Source of the DNA: Bacteroidales bacterium
GTDB taxonomy: Bacteria > Bacteroidota > Bacteroidia > Bacteroidales > WCHB1-69
Direction of reading: 5' to 3'
Assembly: GCA_045627805.1 (NCBI GenBank)
Contig: JAZQOJ010000152.1
Location: 1-63,379 of the forward strand
Length of the DNA stretch: 63,379 nt
Under the pieces are notes generated by a model, which was not told the DNA's origin, made no database searches, and was given only the letters and a program-made list of their open reading frames with translations. Below, in pieces: positions 1 through 8,694 of this stretch. Made by a program: the position numbers and the translations under genes. Numbering within the stretch: the first letter of the stretch is position 1; each line of letters starts with the position of its first letter.

Positions 1-2
1 CG

Positions 3-674
3 CTGCGCGGGCAGCGCATCACGGCGCTTTCCACCGGTATGGGCACCGACAACTTCGACATCGTGATGAACGAATTAGACGCCTTGGCCAACATCGACCT
101 CAAGACGATGGAAATCAAGAAGGAACACCGCACGCTCAACATTGTGCGCATCGGCACTTGCGGCGCACTGCAGGCCGACATCCCGGTACACAGTTTCATT
201 GCGGCCGAGTACGGTTTCGGTTTCGATGGACTGATGCACTTCTACAAGCACGGCAAGGGCTTCAACGAAGAGGTGGTTGACGCATTCGTGAAACACACGG
301 GCTGGGGCGAGCGTCTGCCTTATCCTTACTGCGTGAAAGGCAGCGACGAATTGATGAAGCGCATCGGCGGCGATATGGTGCACGGCATCACGGCCAGCGC
401 TCCCGGCTTCTTCGGTCCGCAGGGCCGACAGGTGCGCGCCGAACTCGAATTCCCCGATATGAACAGCAAGATCGACAGTTTCCGCCACGGCGATATGCGC
501 ATCACCAACCTTGAGATGGAAACCTCCGCTCTCTACGGCTTCGGCCAGATCTTCGGACACAATATGCTCACCGTCTGCGTGGCCATCGCCAACCGCGTCA
601 CCCACGACTTCTCAAAAGACTACCACCCGGCTGTCGATAAACTGATTCAAACCGTTTTAGATAGAATTTTCTAA
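3..674 (+). CDS. nucleoside phosphorylase (PNP/UDP_1 family), 5' end cut by window edge
   Basis: The frame stays open upstream of the listed Met39 back to nt 3 (..GQRITALSTGMGTDN..). Motifs RIGTCGALQ and NLEMETSALY are typical of uridine/purine nucleoside phosphorylases. Confidence 0.75.
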   Translation: MRGQRITALSTGMGTDNFDIVMNELDALANIDLKTMEIKKEHRTLNIVRIGTCGALQADIPVHSFIAAEYGFGFDGLMHFYKHGKGFNEEVVDAFVKHTGWGERLPYPYCVKGSDELMKRIGGDMVHGITASAPGFFGPQGRQVRAELEFPDMNSKIDSFRHGDMRITNLEMETSALYGFGQIFGHNMLTVCVAIANRVTHDFSKDYHPAVDKLIQTVLDRIF

Positions 675-700
675 CCTTCAATATTTTATTACAACAAAAA

Positions 701-1249
701 ATGAAAAAATCCTGGTACGTCTTGGCTGTCGCAATCCTGATGGGGATGATGACTTCGGCTTGCGACAGCAAAGTAATGGAATTGGTGAAGAAAGAGGAAC
801 CCAAAGTGCTGTCGTTTGATCCCGACGACAGCGTGCAAGTGGACCAGTTGATGCGCTTTTATGTGGAAAAGGAGATCATTCCGAAAGAAGCCCTCAACTG
901 TTCTCCCGGCGAGAACGAATTGTACACTTTCGATTGCATCGGCGATGACTGCTTCATCTCCAACGACTTCATTGACAGTGCGTCAGGAACTTTTTTCGTG
1001 GAAGTTTCCTACGAAACGGGCTCGTCGGGCAACAACAGCATTTACATTTGCCAACGTACCGAAGAAAACTTCGCCATTTTATTTAGTACTGAAGGACAAA
1101 TCAACAGCGACCTCGGTGAAGAGGCGGTCGTGAACGGATACAAAGTGGTTTATGTGGAAACCACCGACCACAAGAATCGTATCGTGTTCAACGGCAGCGA
1201 ATTCACAATGGAAGAGATTCCATCACAAGATTTAGTCACACAAAAGTAA
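701..1249 (+). CDS. hypothetical lipoprotein
   Basis: N-terminal signal peptide with a lipobox-like Cys (LMGMMTSAC). No recognisable domain. Confidence 0.6.
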   Translation: MKKSWYVLAVAILMGMMTSACDSKVMELVKKEEPKVLSFDPDDSVQVDQLMRFYVEKEIIPKEALNCSPGENELYTFDCIGDDCFISNDFIDSASGTFFVEVSYETGSSGNNSIYICQRTEENFAILFSTEGQINSDLGEEAVVNGYKVVYVETTDHKNRIVFNGSEFTMEEIPSQDLVTQK

Positions 1250-1252
1250 GCT

Positions 1253-3301
1253 ATGCATTTCTCGAATCCGCTTTTCCTTTTCGGATATTTCGCCATTCTC
1301 ATTCCCATTCTGATTCATCTTTTCAATTTCAGAAGATATAGGACCTACTATTTCTCGAATGTGAAGATGTTGCAGGACGTGGTGCAGAAGACGAAACGGG
1401 AATCGCAGTTAAAGCATATTATCGTGCTGTGCCTCAGGATTTTGTGTATTTTGGCGCTCGTCACCGCGTTTGCACAGCCCTACATTCCTTCCCACAATGG
1501 GAACACGAAATCAGGGAACCTCGTCTCCATTTACGTTGACAATTCCTTCTCAATGGAAGGCAACACGCCAGAGGGGACTTTGTTTACCGACGCAGTGGAG
1601 AACGCCCGGCAGATTGTGAACAACTTCCAATACACCGACCAGTTTGTGCTGTACAACAACAACTTCTCGGCTCGCCAGCGCTGCAAACTCAACAAGGAGG
1701 AGGCGTTGCAGGAACTCGACAGCTGGGACATCTCCCCCAACTGCCGCTCGTGGGAAGAACTTCTCACTTTTGAACAGAATGCCTGCACTGAAGCCGACGA
1801 ATGTAATCTTTACCATTACTATATTTCTGATTTCCAAAAAAATAGTTTCGACTTCGGGCAGTACGCTCACACCGATGGAAGTGCTTCGTACTTGCTGCAC
1901 AAACCAGCGAAAGAAGTGAACAACGTGTCGATTGACAGCTGCTGGTTTCTGACTCCCGTTTTCCGCAAGGGGCAGCCAGTGACTTTGTGCGTGCGGGTGC
2001 GCAACTGCGCCGACAATGACGTGGTGAAACTGCCTTTGAAACTGCGAGTAAACGGTGAGCAGAAAGCAATGGCTGCCGTTGACATCGCCGCCAACACTTT
2101 CGCCGACTATTCGCTTAACTACACCCTCACCGAGGATGGCGTGCAAGGTGCGGTTCTGGAAATTGAAGACGTTCCCATCACCTTCGACAACCAGCTTTTC
2201 TTCACCTATTTTGTTTCCGATAACACTTGTGTAACAACCATTTATGGGAAAGAACCGAATCGTTACCTCAACGCTTTATACGGCAAGGATTCGGTTTTCA
2301 CCTACCACGCTTATCCGAGCGACCATATCGACTACAGCGAAATGGCGAAAAGCACGGTGATTGTGCTCGACGAGATGGAAGAGATTTCCTCAGGGCTCGC
2401 CGATGAGCTGAAAAAATATATGGAGAAGGGCGGATGCGTGCTTTTGTTGCCTTCGGCACAAATGTCGGCATCGGTCAACAGTTTCCTGTCGGGAGTGGGT
2501 GCCACGCAATACGCCGGCTTGGTAGGAAAAGAGAACAAGGTGGGAAGCGTGAACCTTGAGAGCGACTATTTCAAAGGCAGTTTGGAGAGCGGCAACGAGC
2601 GGCTGGATATGCCAACAGCCACTCAATATTTCACTTTCAGCAATTTCCATTCCGACGAAAACATTATGACGTTTGAGAATCAGGCGCCGCTACTGTTTGC
2701 CAACAAGGTGGGTAACGGTCGGTTGATTCTGTCGGCGGTTGCGATGAACGATGCCTTCGGCAACGTACACAAACACGCGCTCTACTTCATTCCATTGCAC
2801 AACATCGGCATTCGCAGTGTGAAACAGCAGAAACTGTACAATGTGATAGGCGTTGACCATTCGCAGTCGGTGACCAAGGCGGTTACGGGAAGCGAGAACG
2901 TGCTTTCGCTGAAAGCGCGTGGCGGCGATACCGAGTTCATCCCGGAACAGCGCAACCTGGGCAACGAGACAATGCTGTTTTTCAACGAGGCACTGGCGGA
3001 AGCGGGCATCTACGACGTGATGCTCAACGGTGCGGCGGTGGGCGCGGTGGCGTTCAACTTCAACCGCACGGAATCACAGCTGACTTACTATGAGGATGCG
3101 GAAATCGAGGCGATGCTGCCGGATTCCGCCCGCACGCAAGTCATCAGCAGCGATGCGAAAGACGTGACGGGACAAATCACGCAAACCGTACACGGACAGC
3201 CGTTGTGGCGCTGGTTTGTGCTGCTGGCTCTGCTTTGCCTGCTGGCGGAAGTGTTAATTCTCCGACTGTGGGTGCGGTCGGCCGACGCGCCATCCAAATA
3301 G
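1253..3301 (+). CDS. BatA-like protein with N-terminal double-transmembrane domain
   Basis: The N-terminus FSNPLFLFGYFAILIPILIHLFNFRR resembles the aerotolerance BatA N-terminal double-TM signature. There is also a C-terminal TM helix. Confidence 0.6.
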   Translation: MHFSNPLFLFGYFAILIPILIHLFNFRRYRTYYFSNVKMLQDVVQKTKRESQLKHIIVLCLRILCILALVTAFAQPYIPSHNGNTKSGNLVSIYVDNSFSMEGNTPEGTLFTDAVENARQIVNNFQYTDQFVLYNNNFSARQRCKLNKEEALQELDSWDISPNCRSWEELLTFEQNACTEADECNLYHYYISDFQKNSFDFGQYAHTDGSASYLLHKPAKEVNNVSIDSCWFLTPVFRKGQPVTLCVRVRNCADNDVVKLPLKLRVNGEQKAMAAVDIAANTFADYSLNYTLTEDGVQGAVLEIEDVPITFDNQLFFTYFVSDNTCVTTIYGKEPNRYLNALYGKDSVFTYHAYPSDHIDYSEMAKSTVIVLDEMEEISSGLADELKKYMEKGGCVLLLPSAQMSASVNSFLSGVGATQYAGLVGKENKVGSVNLESDYFKGSLESGNERLDMPTATQYFTFSNFHSDENIMTFENQAPLLFANKVGNGRLILSAVAMNDAFGNVHKHALYFIPLHNIGIRSVKQQKLYNVIGVDHSQSVTKAVTGSENVLSLKARGGDTEFIPEQRNLGNETMLFFNEALAEAGIYDVMLNGAAVGAVAFNFNRTESQLTYYEDAEIEAMLPDSARTQVISSDAKDVTGQITQTVHGQPLWRWFVLLALLCLLAEVLILRLWVRSADAPSK

Positions 3302-3327
3302 TGGAATCACGAAAAACATCCGGCTTT

Positions 3328-4104
3328 ATGCGTAAAATCCTATTCGTACTTTTCGCCGCCTTTTTATGCCTCCCCATCCAGCAAGCGCGTGCGTGGGGCC
3401 AAGAAGGGCACCGCATTATCGCACAGATCGCCTACCAACATTTGAGCAAGAAAGCCAAAAAGAATGTTGACAAGATTTTGGGCGAGCAAGGCATCGTGTA
3501 TTGGTCGAACTGGGCCGACGAAATCAAGAGCGACACCATTTATTCCAACTCGTCGCAGTGGCACTACCAGGATCTGGATAGCGGAATGACGCGGGAGGAA
3601 GTGTTGTCCACGCTCACCCGCTATCCGACGGAGGGCGGCGAACTGTGGCGCGCCGTGGACAGTCTGACTGCGGAGCTGCGGCAACACCACGACAACTTCG
3701 ACGCACTGCGTTTCCTCACGCATCTGCTGGGCGACTGCTTCTGCCCAATGCACACCGGACACATCAACGACCTCGGTGGCAACCGCGTGAAAATGAAATG
3801 GTTCGGACAAAACACCAATCTGCACCGCGTCTGGGACTCCGACCTCATCGCCGCGCGCGGCTACAGCTACTCCGAATATGCCGCAATTTTGGAAAGCCAT
3901 TTCAAAAAAGATACTTCCTTCGACTTGGAAAAAGAAGAATTTGTTATTCATAATTATTTATTAACCAATGAAATATATGAATACCAATCCTCTTGGGACG
4001 AAAACACCTATCATTACATTTACCGTTTTGCGCCGCAGATGGAATGGCAATTATATGCTGCTGGCATTTACACAGCGCGCGTATTAAATGAAATTTACGG
4101 ATAA
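3328..4104 (+). CDS. S1/P1 nuclease family protein
   Basis: After a signal peptide comes WGQEGHRIIAQIA, the mature S1/P1 N-terminus. Downstream are WHY and HxGH..D.GGN motifs. Start moved to Met at 3328 (MRKILFVLFAAF), because the listed start 3205 overlaps the previous gene. Confidence 0.8.
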   Translation: MRKILFVLFAAFLCLPIQQARAWGQEGHRIIAQIAYQHLSKKAKKNVDKILGEQGIVYWSNWADEIKSDTIYSNSSQWHYQDLDSGMTREEVLSTLTRYPTEGGELWRAVDSLTAELRQHHDNFDALRFLTHLLGDCFCPMHTGHINDLGGNRVKMKWFGQNTNLHRVWDSDLIAARGYSYSEYAAILESHFKKDTSFDLEKEEFVIHNYLLTNEIYEYQSSWDENTYHYIYRFAPQMEWQLYAAGIYTARVLNEIYG

Positions 4105-4150
4105 CAATTCATTTTCTAAAAGATAGAAAACAGAGAAAGCATTCACAATT

Positions 4151-4525
4151 ATGCAAAGAATCACTCCTGAAAACATCACAGAATTAAAAGAGAACGAAAT
4201 TTTCGTGTTTGGCAGCAACCTTGCGGGCTTGCACGGAGGCGGCGCGGCACGCACTGCAATGAAAAAGTTTGGCGCGGTATGGGGCCAGGGTGTCGGGTTA
4301 CAAGGAAAGAGCTACGGCATTCCCACAATGCACGGCGGCATTCACCGCATTCAGCCCTACGTTGACGAATTCATCATCTTTGCGGAAGATCATCCGGAAA
4401 TGAATTTCCTGGTGACACGCATCGGCTGTGGCATCGCAGGTTTCAAAGACGAGGAGATCGCACCACTGTTCAAACGCGCGCAGGAATTGGAAAACGTTTG
4501 GCTCCCCGCAACCTTCTGGATCTAA
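4151..4525 (+). CDS. small conserved protein with FVFGSN..GxHGGGAA motif (resembles phage-associated A1S_2505-like / macro-like family)
   Basis: The motif string EIFVFGSNLAGLHGGGAARTA..GA.WGQG.GLQGKSYGIPT was recalled from that family. The family assignment is from memory only. Confidence 0.55.
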   Translation: MQRITPENITELKENEIFVFGSNLAGLHGGGAARTAMKKFGAVWGQGVGLQGKSYGIPTMHGGIHRIQPYVDEFIIFAEDHPEMNFLVTRIGCGIAGFKDEEIAPLFKRAQELENVWLPATFWI

Positions 4526-4563
4526 TTACAACAAAACAAATCTTCAAAAACAAAAAATAGTTG

Positions 4564-4571
4564 TATTTTTG
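4564..4571 (+). promoter_or_regulatory. Bacteroidota -7 box TAnnTTTG (tatttttg) upstream of yidC
   Basis: Exact TAnnTTTG match 63 nt upstream of the ATG at 4634. Confidence 0.45.
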
Positions 4572-4633
4572 CAAAGTATTTCATTTGTGAAAATCATACC
4601 ATATATTTATATAAACAAGAAAAACAGACATCA

Positions 4634-6598
4634 ATGGATAAAAATACCATCATCGGACTGCTCCTCATCTTTGGTTTGTTCCTCGGCTACAGCTTTTATT
4701 CCAGCAAACAGACACGCAAGCAGCGCGAAATTCAAATGAAAGAGGCGGAAGCCAAAGCGGAAAAAGCAGCGAAGGAAAACAAGCAAACCACAGTCCAGCT
4801 GGCTGACTCTCTCAAAAAAGAGGCCGCTATCGCACAAAACTCTGTCGCCGCCTCGGCTCCTCGCTCCGCCTTCAGTTATGTTAACAAAGAAAAGAAGAAC
4901 GACTATGTGGTAAAAACCAACAAAGGCGAATACCACTTCTCGCGCATCGGCGGTTATGTTAACTTTGTGAAACTCAATGATGTATATCAATACTCGCCCA
5001 AAGGTCAGCCCAAAGAGGAACTCGTTTTGGTGAACGAAAAGTCATCGGTGATGTCAATGGAACTGATGTGTCAGGACTCTTCGTCCACCCGCATCCAGAC
5101 CCGGAACTGCTATTTCAACTGCGCCACCGACACGCTGCTCGTAAGCAAGGGCGAAAAGCAATTGTGCCTCCGTCTCTATCCCTACCAGAAAGCCGACTCG
5201 GCTGCCGGCTACACGAACCAACTCGACAGCAGCGCCTATTTGGAATACGTTTACACTTTCTCGGCCGACAACTACAAGTTCGACTACACGGTTCATTTTG
5301 TGAATCTCTCGAAATACCTGGCTCGGAAAAGCAACAACCAGTACGTTCTCAACTGGAACGCCGACATCAACAACGTGGAGAAAAACTACGACTACGAGCG
5401 CGACAACACCACGCTTTTCTATATGGATAACCTCGATGAAGTGGACAACCTCGACGAGCGCAAGTCCGACAAGAAAGACTTCTCCACGGGCTTGAAATGG
5501 ATTTCCTTCAAACAGCAGTTCTTCACCTCGACGATAATTGCAAAAGAAAAAGCGTTCAATCGCGGTCATTTGGAAGTGGATGCTCCCAATCTGAATAAGA
5601 AAAAAGGCGAACGCCCGGCCGACCCGCTTCTCAAAAAGATGACCGCCAATATGAATTTCGAGATCCGGGATATGGACAAGGACGCCTTCAATATGAGTCT
5701 GTACTTCGGTCCCAACCAGTACAAGTTGCTGGAGCCCTACGATCTGGGCTTGGAACGCCAGGTTCCGCTGGGATGGGGATTCTTCCTCCTTCATTGGATC
5801 AACCGTGGCGTCATCATTCCCATCTTCAACTGGCTGGAGGCATACGGTTTGAGTTACGGCATCATCATCTTGATTTTGAGTTTCTTCATCAAAATCGTCA
5901 TTATGCCGCTCTCTTACAAAACGTACCTCTCGTCGGCCAAGATGAGGGTGCTGAAACCGCAGATTGAAGAACTCAGCAAGCGCTATCCGAAACAGGAAGA
6001 CGCGATGAAGAAACAGCAGGCCACGATGACACTTTACAAAAAAGCGGGCGTAAGTCCCACTGCGGGTTGCCTCCCGATGCTCATCCAGATGCCGATCCTC
6101 ATCGCAATGTTCCGCTTCTTCCCTGCCGCTTACGAGTTGCGCCAGCAGCCATTCCTTTGGGCAGAAGACCTCTCCACTTACGACTCCATCCTCGACTTCA
6201 GCTTCAATATCCCGTTCTACGGCGATCACGTCAGCTTGTTCACCCTCCTGATGACCGTCGCCACCATCGTTTATACCTGGCTCAACAACAAACTGATGTC
6301 AGCTGGCAACGACGACCAGATGAAGGCAATGCGCGTGATGATGTACATTATGCCTATCCTTTTCCTCGGAATGTTCAACAGCTTCTCATCCGCACTCACC
6401 TATTATTACCTCCTCATCAACCTCATCACATTCCTCCAAATGTGGATTTTCAGAATGGCCATCAATGAGAAAAAACTTCAAGACCAGATGGCTGCCAATA
6501 TGGTGAAACCGGTGAAGAAGTCGAAATGGCAGATGCGAATGGAAGAGATGATGAAGCAGCAGCAGCAATTGCAACAGCAGCAAAAAGGTCGCAAATAA
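4634..6598 (+). CDS. yidC: membrane protein insertase YidC (long Bacteroidota form)
   Basis: 654 aa with an N-terminal TM helix, a large periplasmic domain and a C-terminal 60-kDa insertase core (GCLPMLIQMPILIAMFRFF). Confidence 0.9.
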   Translation: MDKNTIIGLLLIFGLFLGYSFYSSKQTRKQREIQMKEAEAKAEKAAKENKQTTVQLADSLKKEAAIAQNSVAASAPRSAFSYVNKEKKNDYVVKTNKGEYHFSRIGGYVNFVKLNDVYQYSPKGQPKEELVLVNEKSSVMSMELMCQDSSSTRIQTRNCYFNCATDTLLVSKGEKQLCLRLYPYQKADSAAGYTNQLDSSAYLEYVYTFSADNYKFDYTVHFVNLSKYLARKSNNQYVLNWNADINNVEKNYDYERDNTTLFYMDNLDEVDNLDERKSDKKDFSTGLKWISFKQQFFTSTIIAKEKAFNRGHLEVDAPNLNKKKGERPADPLLKKMTANMNFEIRDMDKDAFNMSLYFGPNQYKLLEPYDLGLERQVPLGWGFFLLHWINRGVIIPIFNWLEAYGLSYGIIILILSFFIKIVIMPLSYKTYLSSAKMRVLKPQIEELSKRYPKQEDAMKKQQATMTLYKKAGVSPTAGCLPMLIQMPILIAMFRFFPAAYELRQQPFLWAEDLSTYDSILDFSFNIPFYGDHVSLFTLLMTVATIVYTWLNNKLMSAGNDDQMKAMRVMMYIMPILFLGMFNSFSSALTYYYLLINLITFLQMWIFRMAINEKKLQDQMAANMVKPVKKSKWQMRMEEMMKQQQQLQQQQKGRK

Positions 6599-6606
6599 GC
6601 AACGAT

Positions 6607-7977
6607 ATGTCACTGTTAAAGCATTTTATCAATCAAATTAGCGGTTTGCAATTTGTTTGCGAAAATGTGATGGTTTGCTCTCCACTGGGCAAATCGCTGT
6701 TGCTGAACACTCCTTTTGAAACCGATTCGCGCCGCCTTGCGGAAGAGTTCGACCGCATTGCTCTCTGGGCTGATTTTTTACAAAAATACCCTAAAGAAGA
6801 AAAGCAGTTGGTGCGTTGGCTGCACGACCTGAACGACATTTCGCAGACCGTTGAGAATTTGCGGAAAATGCAGACGCTCGACGACATTGAGCTTTTCGAA
6901 GTCAAGAAATTCGCAATGGCGTCGCAGAAGATTTTGCAACTGCTACAAAACCTGCTTCCCGCCGACACGCTCCCGCAAGATTTGTCGGCTCTCATCCGTT
7001 TACTGGATCCGGAAGAAAGCGGCATCGAACACTTCTACATTTACGCCACATACGACGAGCGGCTGGCTCCTTTGCGCAAACAAATGGAAGTGGCTGCCAG
7101 CATTGAAGAGAAGGAGCGACTATCGTGGGAGTGCGCCCAAGTGGAAGACTTCGTGCGCCGCAAACTCTCTGAAATGCTGCATCCCTATTGGGAAACCTTG
7201 CAGAAAAACCTGCTGCAATTGTCAATTATCGACCTATTGCACGCAAAAGCGCAGTTGGCGGATGCTTGGAATTTGTGCAAGCCCTCGGTAGTCACTGATG
7301 CCACGCAATACCAAGCGATTTTCCACCCGCAAGTGAAGCAGCAGCTGGCCGAACAAAATGGTGATTTTCAAGCAGTTGATATCGAGTTAACCACGGCACC
7401 CTGCCTCATAACGGGAGCCAATATGTCGGGGAAAACGGTATTGCTGAAATCGTTGGCTTTGGCGCAATATATGTTCCAATTCGGCTTTTATGTGCCCGCG
7501 CAATCCGCGCACATCGTGCCGGTTGACAGGGTTTTCTGCGTCATCGACGACCGTCAGAACGAGTTGCACGGCTTGTCGTCGTTTGCTGCGGAGGTGATGA
7601 ACATCAACGAAATCATTGCGAGTATCAAGGCGGGCGAGCGGCCCTTGGTGCTGGTTGACGAGTTGGCGCGCACCACCAATCCCGACGAAGGCAGGCGCAT
7701 TGTGAACGCCTTTGTCAGTATGATGGCAAAATATCGCATAACTTCTTTAATAACAACACATTATAGTGGAATTACGGCCGATTGCCGCCGCTTGCGAGTA
7801 AAAGGTCTGCTCATTGACAAAATCACCGACTCGGTGACACCGCAAAACCTTTACCGCTATATGGACTACTCGCTCACGGAAACCAGCAGCGACGAGGTGC
7901 CGGAGGAGGCGCTCAACATTGCGCGTATCTTCCACGCCGACAGCGAGTTCCTGCGTCTGGCAGAACAAAAATCATAA
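6607..7977 (+). CDS. MutS-family ATPase (domain V type, no mismatch-recognition domain)
   Basis: Walker A TGANMSGKTVLLKS, then VLVDELARTTNPDEG and SLITTHY motifs of the MutS ATPase domain. Start moved to ATG 6607, because the listed start 6526 overlaps the yidC 3' end. Confidence 0.8.
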   Translation: MSLLKHFINQISGLQFVCENVMVCSPLGKSLLLNTPFETDSRRLAEEFDRIALWADFLQKYPKEEKQLVRWLHDLNDISQTVENLRKMQTLDDIELFEVKKFAMASQKILQLLQNLLPADTLPQDLSALIRLLDPEESGIEHFYIYATYDERLAPLRKQMEVAASIEEKERLSWECAQVEDFVRRKLSEMLHPYWETLQKNLLQLSIIDLLHAKAQLADAWNLCKPSVVTDATQYQAIFHPQVKQQLAEQNGDFQAVDIELTTAPCLITGANMSGKTVLLKSLALAQYMFQFGFYVPAQSAHIVPVDRVFCVIDDRQNELHGLSSFAAEVMNINEIIASIKAGERPLVLVDELARTTNPDEGRRIVNAFVSMMAKYRITSLITTHYSGITADCRRLRVKGLLIDKITDSVTPQNLYRYMDYSLTETSSDEVPEEALNIARIFHADSEFLRLAEQKS

Positions 7978-8014
7978 AATTTCATTCGGGCACTTCTAAT
8001 TCAAAAAAAAGTGG

Positions 8015-8022
8015 TATTTTTG
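8015..8022 (+). promoter_or_regulatory. -7 box TAnnTTTG (tatttttg) upstream of tRNA-Ser
   Basis: Exact motif a few nt upstream of the tRNA 5' end. Confidence 0.4.
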
Positions 8023-8026
8023 CCAC

Positions 8027-8113
8027 GGAAAGTTGCCGGAGTGGTCGATCGGGGCAGACTCGAAATCTGTTGAACCCTTCGGGGTTCCGGGGGTTCGAAT
8101 CCCTCACTTTCCG
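8027..8113 (+). tRNA. tRNA-Ser (anticodon CGA)
   Basis: Hand-folded cloverleaf: acceptor GGAAAGT/ACTTTCC, anticodon stem GCAGA/TCTGT with loop CTCGAAA, long variable arm GAACCCTTCGGGGTTC, and T arm GGGGG-TTCGAAT-CCCTC. No encoded CCA. Confidence 0.9.
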
Positions 8114-8117
8114 CACC

Positions 8118-8153
8118 AAAGACTTTGCGCACTTTTTGCAAAGTCTTTTTTTT
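8118..8153 (+). terminator. rho-independent terminator after tRNA-Ser
   Basis: Stem aaagactttgc / gcaaagtcttt followed by a T-run. Confidence 0.7.
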
Positions 8154-8186
8154 ATAATATTTTGAATACAAATAATTTATACATTT

Positions 8187-8642
8187 ATGAAAGCAAAATT
8201 CATCTTCCTCAGTCTCCTCGTAGCAACTTTGTGCGTAAGTTGCAGCAAAGACAAGAAATTATCGAAACAAGCCGAAGAATTTGCGGGCGACTATTACGGA
8301 GTTTTCACCATTCAGCGCAGCGAAGAGAACCTAATGCTTGATACTGCGGCCACCATTCGTTTCACTCAGGCGCAAAACCTTGCCAACCTCGTTGCCGAAT
8401 CCACGTTTGAGCTGGCATTCAGCGAAGACAACCGCTACTACTTCGATGGCAGCAGTAAACTTGACGACCACAGCTGCGACGTGCTTTGCCAAATGTGTGG
8501 CATTGACCACAACTATTTCAATTGCCAGTTGGAAAAGGCGACCATTGAAGCACGCTTTTACAGCAATTCGGTGGCGGTGAAAATACTCTTTTCCAATGTG
8601 AACGGCATTGTGGGCAACGCTACCTTCACGGGAAGCAAGTAA
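8187..8642 (+). CDS. hypothetical lipoprotein
   Basis: Signal peptide plus lipobox (LLVATLCVSCSKD). Confidence 0.6.
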   Translation: MKAKFIFLSLLVATLCVSCSKDKKLSKQAEEFAGDYYGVFTIQRSEENLMLDTAATIRFTQAQNLANLVAESTFELAFSEDNRYYFDGSSKLDDHSCDVLCQMCGIDHNYFNCQLEKATIEARFYSNSVAVKILFSNVNGIVGNATFTGSK

Positions 8643-8669
8643 CGCACGCTTTTTTACAGTTTTTTGCAG

Positions 8670-8677
8670 TAATTTTG
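8670..8677 (+). promoter_or_regulatory. -7 box TAnnTTTG (taattttg) upstream of phoH-like gene
   Basis: Exact motif 18 nt upstream of the ATG at 8695. Confidence 0.45.
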
Positions 8678-8694
8678 CATCATCATTCTGAATT

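Noticed and set aside
3205-3327. Upstream extension of the S1/P1 nuclease ORF, with similar extensions at 6526-6606, 13672-13707, 36474-36497, 44027-44053, 44530-44616, 57246-57326, 61488-61541 and 62774-62872
   Set aside because: The extensions overlap the preceding gene, a tRNA, a terminator or a -7 promoter box. They precede an internal Met that begins a proper signal peptide or conserved N-terminus.
4151-4525. Prophage or island hinted at by the phage-associated small protein
   Set aside because: There is no integrase, no capsid/terminase/tail genes, and no att-like repeats or tRNA-adjacent boundary around it. Neighbours are ordinary chromosomal genes.
6520-6598. Poly-Gln tail (QQQQLQQQQKGRK) at the YidC C-terminus as a possible separate feature
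   Set aside because: It is a low-complexity basic/Gln tail contiguous with the YidC frame. Such C-terminal tails are common in YidC and show nothing independent.
8033-8341. 102-aa ORF starting inside tRNA-Ser
   Set aside because: It overlaps the tRNA, its terminator and the start of the lipoprotein gene. No coding features.
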